From: Phallusia mammillata
Taxonomy: Eukaryota
DNA length: 64,000 bases
Assembly: GCA_965637545.1 (NCBI GenBank)
Contig: OZ281498.1
Location: forward strand, 10,168,001 to 10,232,000
Direction of reading: 5' to 3'
A program made the translations under genes and the position numbers. A model generated the notes under the pieces. The model was not told where the DNA came from and did not search any database. It was given only the letters and a program-made list of their open reading frames with translations. Positions 53,201-62,200 of this stretch are shown here, in pieces; position 1 is the stretch's first letter, and each line of letters starts with the position of its first letter.

Positions 53201-56200
53201 TCTGGTTGTCACAACTGGTGTGTTGGTCGTCGGCGCTGTGGTTTGCTTCGTTGTTGCAACTGGTGTGCTGGTTGTCGGTGTTGTCGTTTTTCTGGTTGTT
53301 ACAACTGGTGTGCTGGTCGTAGGCGTAGTAGTTTGCTGCGTTGTTGCAATTGGTGTGCTGGTTGTCGGTGTCGTTGTTTTTATGGTTGTTACAACTGGTG
53401 TGCTGGTCGTCGGTGTCGTCGTTTTTCTGGTTGTTGAAATCGGTGTGCTGGTCGTAGGCGCTGTGGTTTGCTTCGTGGTTGAAACTGGTGTGCTGGTTGT
53501 CGGCGTCGTCGGTGTGGTCGTTTTTCTGGTTGTGGCAACTGACGAAATGGTGCTTGGCACGGTCGTACGTTTGGTCGTTGCCATTGTTGCATCTGCTACA
53601 ACAGCCGGAAGTATAATATCTGGTGCAGAAAACACTGCGGTTTGCCCACCACCTAAAACAAAAATCATATTCCATCACTATAAATATGTGGTCCAAAAAT
53701 AGTTTCCAATGAATAATTAATCTGTGTGAGATTAACCTTTGACTTGAAGCTAAATATAGGGTTTATACCTAACCGAACATTATAAATTTTTCATACATAC
53801 ATCATACCAGTAAATTGGTTAGTTGCAACAAAGTTTCCAGATTTTCTTAAGGCATAAACTTGTCTTGTATTTGCTGCTCCTTTATGATGAGCCGCAAAGA
53901 ATGCAGCTGATTCTCCTTCTGGAGAGTTTGCTACTATCTCTTTCACTTGAAGCTGATTATTTGGAGAAGAAGAGATATCCGGCAGTGATCTTTAAAGAGG
54001 GGTGGGTTAAACTTGTGTTAGGACTCAGAACAGGGCTGACCCAGAACATGGCTGTTCAACGTAGACACGTCTGGGCATTTTGTGCAATTAAATGCGCGGC
54101 ATACCTTTAGTTAAACAATTTATGTGGTGGGTGAAAACCGTTTTTTGCAGGTGTATATACGCTGTGCTGCAAAAAATGGAGAATTCAAACCTTTGCCTCT
54201 AGGATTTCGCTTCTATTTTAAATGTATGTTGCTGGGGTAAACATTAATTCGGTATAACGCCTTTAATGGGACTGGCGTACTGCGGTGTTGCTAGGTGTTA
54301 TGTTAATTCTCTGTTGCTTTAAACCATTGCAATGTTATTATTTAAACCAACATAACAAGTAACTATTTTTGTTGCAACTTAATCAGTTTTTCGTAGGTTA
54401 TGTAACGCAATAATAAATATTAACAGTCTATTTGCAAGGTTGAAAACTAGAGCTGTGTCGATTTTAGAATAATGATTTGTTACTGGTTACTAGCCAGCAA
54501 ATTGCTTACTAATTACAAAAAAACATTAAATGTCTTTTAGGGGTTTCATTGGTTACATATCATACTAGTCACAACGAAATATAAAAACTTCATTTGATCA
54601 ACTTAACTAAAATCGAAATTGACCCGGGAGTAAACAATATTGGTAAGCCTTATGTTAAACTCCAATAATGAACTTACAAGATGGTTGTGTTGAGAAAACG
54701 CCCGCCAGTTGTAAAAACTCGGTGGACGCACGAAAACTGAGAATGATCAAGCTCTGCACCCTCGTCGTCGTATTTGGCTACATCAGACAAAGCCACATAC
54801 GAATGTGGGCAATCCAATTTGTAGAATGTGAGATTTGACTTGTGGCCAGTGTGTTCATCGTGGTGATTTTTACTTACGCTCACTGAACCAATTCTCGTAG
54901 AACCAACAGCGGACATCGTCCCCTGGCCGTATACATTTCTGTACAACATTTTTTAATAGCACCAGAAAATGTAAAAGAACTATGTAAACGTGCCTTTACC
55001 CTTAGTAGGAGGGCTTAATACGGCGTTGGTGCAAACGAATACTTTTGGTACAAACGATTTTCCAAAGGAACGTTATTGAGCTTGAAGGTAAATAGACAAT
55101 ATATCGGGAAAAATAAAACGCACAAATTGACTTGACAAATGTAAATTGAGTGGTAATTTTAAGCATTTTTTGGTTAAGATTGAGCAAACATTTCATTTAC
55201 CAGGTTGCATATTGAGTTGATGAAACTCAACATGCAAGACAAAACATTTAGCAAACATTTAGTACAAAGCAAAAATTGGCCCTGTTGTTGAACCAGCTTC
55301 ATTTATATATTTTATTTCATGTGTCAAAAATAGCTCTAGCAAAGTCTAGCCCCGATTTTCCCTATAACACATAACCAGAAAAGTTGATGAAACTCAACAT
55401 GCAAGATAAAGCATTTAGCAAACAGTTATACAAAGCACAAATGGTCCTATTGTTGAACCAGCTTCATTTATACATGTCATTACTTGTGTCAAAATAGCTC
55501 TAGGAAGGTCTAGTCCCGATTTTAAGTTTAACACATAATCAGTATACCTAATCTCCAAGAATTTCCAGTCAAAGTTTTGGCTTCCTGTAAACATTTCCCC
55601 CAAACCCTTCCAACCATCTGGGAGCAGAACTGGTTTCCACAAGTCGGATTTGGTGTCATTGATCAAGGCGTGAATAATCTCAATGTTACTGCGCTGAGGT
55701 GTATGTTTTCGAGTTTCAACCATCATGGAAGGGCCTTGTGTGTATAGGTAGCTATTTCCGTTCACTGAAATTACGGTTTGAAAATGAAAAGTCGGTTCAC
55801 TGAAATTACGGTTTTGAAAGTAACTTAAATAAAAAACTTTTACACTTTTTAGTGTTTTTAATTGTATATTGCGTCATCGAAATCGTTTCTGAGATGTTGT
55901 TATTTTCAGTAATTCACCAGCAATGGCCTTGCATGAACTTGCACTTAGTTAGTTCAGTTATAGTTGCTGCACAGTTAAAATTAAGTTAGTCTAAGTGTTG
56001 CCATGTCAACTACTGTATGTACGTCTTCTGTTTATTATTATTTTATTTAGAAAGAGCAGAAATAACAGTTTACGGAAAGGACAAATATTGCTCATTTTAA
56101 TCACTGTCAAACACAAACCAAAGATGTATTTAAGCGAAAAGCTACGTCAAATAGTTTAAAAGTTGCATTTAGTGTAGCCTATGTAACTTTATCTAACCGT

Positions 56201-59200
56201 TTTTTGTTTCGGGTAGGACGTAAAGCTTGCTTCGACTGCCAGTGTCTTGTACAGCAACAAAGTTCAAGTCAAAGTTTGTTCCATTGTCTGCTGTAAGTGT
56301 TCGAAGATCTACATTTGCCGATATTTTCCTGCAAAAACATAGATTCTTATAGAACAGATAAAGCAGGACATTTTTTAACAAAAAAATATCAATTCGTATG
56401 TAACTCATAATAAGCATGCTGCAGACAGTACACACTGTTTTGGCATGTAAGTAGCTGTTCAGGCTAATATAACCACATTACGTCCCTTTAGTTTGTTGGG
56501 AGTAACAGGCCCCAAAAAGCCATGCCCCACCAATTCTGTTCTGCTACTGGGCATAGAGGAACAGTGTGCACTGTATGCAGCTTATTTGGCAATGCTTTCA
56601 TGTAATAAACAAATAACAAGTTTAAATATCAGCAGCATCAAAACAGTTTTGTAGTTCATTTCAAGATTGATCCAGAAACAAGACATTACCAAAGAAAGAG
56701 TTCACAAGAAATATAAAAAAACGTTTACCTTAAAGTTGGACCGTAATCGGCCATAACAAGAAACTCATTACTAATGCATCGAATTTTAGCAGTATCTGGT
56801 GGATTGAGCTCTGACGTTGTGAGCGGTCCAATTGTTGAAAAACCGTTTGGGCAAATGACTTTCCACATATGTCCAAAGTTAAATTTATGCGGGGGGCTTG
56901 GTACTATTTCGGTAACATCCAATGGTGGAACGAGAACGGTGGGGTCAGTGGTGCTTAAAATAAACACATTCTTACGTAAGGACCACACAAAGCATAAACA
57001 AAATAGGATGCAAAGCAAATGTCGGTAGAAAGAAACGTCCGTGCATGTGTTTTAAATAGCAATCGTGTCTACCAAAATAGCTGATGAAAACCTAATTAAA
57101 GTAAAGTATAGTTTGCAGTAAAATCAAGCCCCACAGTAGCAGTTTTTAGGTGATAGCTGTTCTCTACATCAACGCAATGTTAAAAAGTGGCGCATAAAAC
57201 CTAGGCCAGGCAGAATCAACAAGCAGCCTGTGCACAATATTTGCACAGGATATATATTTCAGTGTTTTTCGGCATCTTCAGCTCCTGTTTCCAATAGAAA
57301 CTGAAGCAATGAATACGTTTCAGCATATTGTGCATGTTAGATTGAAGCGGTGCAAACAAGTCACTTTTATATTGTTTTTGTGTGCCTTCTTATATTCGTT
57401 TTGGTGCCTTACAAATACCTTAAAATACCCTCACCGTATAGGTTTAAAGTAGTTAAGGAAATGTTCTTGTTAAGCTTTATGAAGGAGACAAATAAAACAC
57501 CATTTACCGTGCAAAAAGCGGCAACACATCGTCTTGATTTGATCTGTTTGAACCGGCCACTCCGACCATATAATAACCGTTAATATGATCTGCATCATAT
57601 GCACGGAATGACTGCGGAGAACTGCTGGAGTTTGCGAAAAGTGACAGACGACCATCAAATTTTCCAAGTCGAATTTCGAGTTTGTTTCGATTTTCGTACA
57701 CAAGAAGATCTATAGTCAACGGTACATTGATAATTTCATATTTCAAGAATGTCAATCAAATTTATTTTATCTGGTAAAATCGGGCACAAAATACACAGAT
57801 AACGCATATATAAGACTAGTTTTTATTTACCAGTATATTTTAAACTTCTATAATGCAACTGTTGCCAAACATATTTCACCTTTCAATGATTTGCAAGTAG
57901 AAAACCCAGTTATTCCACTGGATTTTAGATCCATTGGCATTCCAGATCTTGTCAGCCTTGCTGAAGAAACTGTCATGCAGTGCGTAGAGTTGACAGACCA
58001 AAGTGCGCACGTAGCAACGTTTTCTTTGCACGATTGAGAACAAGATCCCTCTGAAGTGAATTCTATTCACAAACAGATACGATTTTAATTTGTTTTAAGT
58101 TGCTCCAAAAAGGGGGATTGACATTTCTTACCTGTAGCCACAATTCCTGCATAATTGGAAGGTGAAATAAATAAAGGAAGAAACGAGCAGTTTGCCTGAT
58201 TGGCGGCAACTTCTGTAAAACATAAAACAATAACAATAATAGTTTATGACGGCTATAATTCGCATAATGAACACAGGGTCTAAATTACCCTGTAAAGATC
58301 AAGTGTTTATTTTAACTTTACCTTTCCGAAATAAATAGTACGTTGTCTGCGAGTAAGATAAAATATTTAAAGAGTACAATAAGTGGATTGCCTTCTACAA
58401 GGCTTGAATGCTTGTTTATCCACATTGTTGAGGTAAAAAAAAACAGTAATTTGAAAGTCAAACTATTAGGGAGTTTCTTGATCAATAAACAATTCCAGTA
58501 CGAGTAATTAGTTTATACTCAAGTAACAGTAGACCACCAAAAAAGTTAATTGCTATTTGTTATTTACCAGATGATGAAATGTCTCGCTGGTTGATGTAGG
58601 TGAAAGCCCCGTCCACCGATCGCAATTTCACGTCACTAAGTAGTGTGTCACGTGATGTATGATAGCAAATCGATTGTTTTTTGTCTGTATAGTTGGGGAT
58701 GAAACTAGCAGCAACACAAGACCCGAAGCAGGTGTCCTATGAAACAAAACATTAAAGCCACACTTTAATAAGATTTTTCTTGAACGTATTCATAGATTGC
58801 CAGACCGGTCTCACAAGCTTTTTTTACCAGGCAAGGCACAGGCTAGAAAAATCGAACCTGCGGTAAGATTTGAACCAACGACAGGAGTCTGTACGAGGCT
58901 CTGCGTTTTATTATCAATCTGACCTACTACAGTATAACTCTTTTAAGACAATGCATCAGGCTAGAAAGATCAGGGCCAGAGAGGGACTCAAACCAACGAC
59001 AGAAACACATCAGGGGCTCTACACAGTATCAACTGGGCTTTCGGGCTGGCGCTCTTACCTTGCCTAATAAGAATGCTCGGAATACAACATAACTTTTATC
59101 AGTGGTTTACACACCCGCTTTAAAGCTATAGGCCTACCCAATAGTGTTTAAACCTACCCTGCATTCAAGTAGATCCGTTGTTTTGGGAACTTGTTGACCA

Positions 59201-62200
59201 ACCAAAAGATTGTTTCTAATCATTTGTTTGAAGGAGCCTTGCAACACTACAAATCAATGACAATAATGTGGCTGTTATTGTATTTAAATAATAAGACACA
59301 TACCTTCTGCCAGCAACGGTATCTCACGTACAATTGTAGTGCCTAAAATACTGGCTGGGTATACTACAGCGGATTGACATGTGTAGGATAAATCTGAAAA
59401 ATTATCTTAAAGTTAGTTTACGTGGTTTAAATGGGCAAGTATTAAGCTAATTGAAAAGGGTACCAGGGCTCTTCTTTAGGACATAAAGGTTTCTTCCAGT
59501 CACATTGTGAGGTTTGGCAGCGATAAAGAAATTCATCTGCTGTCCTTCAGCACAGGAATCTGGTTCTACTCTTATCACATGCAAAGGAGCGCTTTCAGAT
59601 TGATGGTTCCTACATAAAAGCAGTAGGTGAAAAATGGTGTATATTGCAGTAGCTCAAATAGTTGCAAGTAACAGGCGGAAAGGCTATGCCTCGGCCCATT
59701 TGTTGCTATAACTTGACAAGCACTGATGCCACCGTACGTCGAAGCAATGTACGGTACATTGTTCCGGATTAATCGAGGTTCACTGTAGCTGTTTCGCACA
59801 TTTGAAATACCGAATGGTTAAGAGTAAATCCTTCAATCACGCTAATACAGATGCCCAAATTGTACTTACCACACAAGTCCTCCAGCGTGCGCTGGGCTTA
59901 AGTGTTTGCGATTAACACACGCATAGTCGCGCAAATTCGGGGGATTTCTCGTTGTCGTGACAACGTCACCGATGGCATGGTATCCGCTCTTGCACTCCAG
60001 CTTCCAAAAACTCATTTCAACTTTAGCTGATTCATCCGCATCAGCAAAAGCGCTCGCGTTGCCGATTAATTCGGATCGAGTTGGATACGAAAGACCATCG
60101 CCCTGTATGTTTCTGTAAATAAAAAAACAAAATTTTTTAGATTTCTATTTGAATAAGGAACTGATGATGCCATTAGAAAAATATATATTCCGTCACCTGA
60201 AACTAACTGATATTGTTTTCAATAAGAATTTAATTTATCGTCCATTGGTTGCACTGACTTATATTTTTTTCAACATTCTAGTGTAATGCTCAGAAACTAA
60301 TGCTTCAAAGCTAAACGTTGTTCATTAAGATAGATATTTAAAAATTGATACAATTTTTGCTAATTTAAACTAAAACAACCGCGGCACAGGGACTCCGCTT
60401 AAAGAGATATTTGGACACCTGTCTTTTGTTTTAAATAAATATTTGGATTACCAACCATAACAACATTTTTAGCACTTTTTAAGTTAGCGCCAGTAGTTAT
60501 GGCACATCATAAATTTTACATTTCTACTAGCTGCTTACCGAACTTTCGGTACTTCTGCTTCAAAAGCGTTGTCGGCTGATGCCACCTGGCCAATCCTAAA
60601 ATAGCCAGAGTCTTGGAGTTCTACATCGAACACTCTGAACATCTTGATCACTGCAGTTTCATTTGGTTGTCTGTAGAAAGCTTCAATGTTTGGATTCTGA
60701 CTCGTTTCACTGGCAACTTCGATCTCGCTCAAGTCTTGAAGTTTGTAGGAAAATGATCCGTCCCGGTCTGTGAGGTTACATATAAAGCCAGTGAGGTTAC
60801 ATCTTCTGTAGTAGTATTTGCCTGCACGCCATTTTTTTGATTCAAGATTACAAAATGTACACAAGACCAAGTTTTATCGAAAAATTTTTCACGTTAGATG
60901 AAAAATTTCAAACAATGTACAAAATATTTGCGACAAAAAAAACAGCTCAGCCACTAGTGTGGAATTGTACGGAATTACTTTACGATTAACTTACCTGGAA
61001 GAATCTTGGGAAGAGTAAACAAATGCAAGTGGTCGGGGTCTGGTTTTGTAAGATGGTCAACCGCTTTAAAGAAGTTAAAATTCATGTCCGCATGTGGATT
61101 CACTGGTTTTGTGCTCCACACAGATACATCGTGATACCGGCGGCTAGTCTCGGACCTAAAAAAACATGTACACGAACCTTCAAATAAATTCAGTCAGTTA
61201 AAGTTGTTTCCGGTTAAATATCTGGTCAGTTAAAGTTGTTTCCGGTTAAATTTCTGGTCAGTTAAAGTTGTTTCCGGTTAAATTTCTGGTCAGTTAAAGT
61301 TGTTTCCGGTTAAAATTCTGGTCAGTTAAAGTTGTTTCCGGTTAAATTTCTGGTCAGTTAAATATGTAAAAAAAATGCAGCATGGGTATATGTTCTAAAT
61401 TAGCCCGGGTTTAGGTCCATGCCCAAGTTAAATAAAATTAAAATTCACTTTCAGGACTAATTCAGGCCTAGTTAAATAAAATTAATCGGGTTCGGGCTCC
61501 GATTTATTTAGGTACAGAGGTCACTAACTGAGTAGCTTACACTAAATTACCTTTGAGGCAACATGAAACGTTATCATCAAGTATCTAGGATTCAGACAAA
61601 CCTATTGTCATTTTAGACAAGAAATTGCCTCAATGCTAACTAAATTGTGTTTTAGTCGTATAATTGAATGATTACATTCTACAGACTTCATAATATTTCT
61701 AAAAACAAAAGAATAAAATAGAAATCTTTCAAACGTTTTCTGTAATTCAAACTCTGTGTACCACCTTCAAGCTTACTGAGTAACACAAAAATAATAATGA
61801 AAGAGCTAAAATCGTTAGTATCAGAAAACTATAGTAATGGCAACATATCATTTTCTCGTAAAGCTTTCAAACTTGCGTACATTATTTGGGCATCGATTGT
61901 CACAGGCCGGAGGAAATCGTTGTGAACGCATCTGTATCCGTTCGGTTTCGTCTTTGATGTTGTTCCAACGTCTCCAAGAGAGGAGTATCCTATATTTCAA
62001 ATATAAAGCAACGTTTAACCTGTTTTAGCATGTTGTTTTTAATCAGCTTTCAATAGACATGTCGCAATGATTTAAATATATGTGTGTATTGATCGCTGGT
62101 CTACATGAACGCTTCAAGGCTGATTCCACTTATGAATATGCGTTCATCTTTGCTGATCAGACATCATGTGTAGCATACGAGGCAAGCAACGGTGCTTGTA

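Noticed and set aside
53133-53702. Val-rich 189-aa plus-strand ORF, and His/Asn-rich alternative-frame ORF
   Set aside because: Shadow ORFs of the Thr-rich repeat exon on the minus strand
61193-61362. 32-bp repeats as a CRISPR array
   Set aside because: Head-to-tail repeats with no spacers, no cas genes, eukaryotic intron
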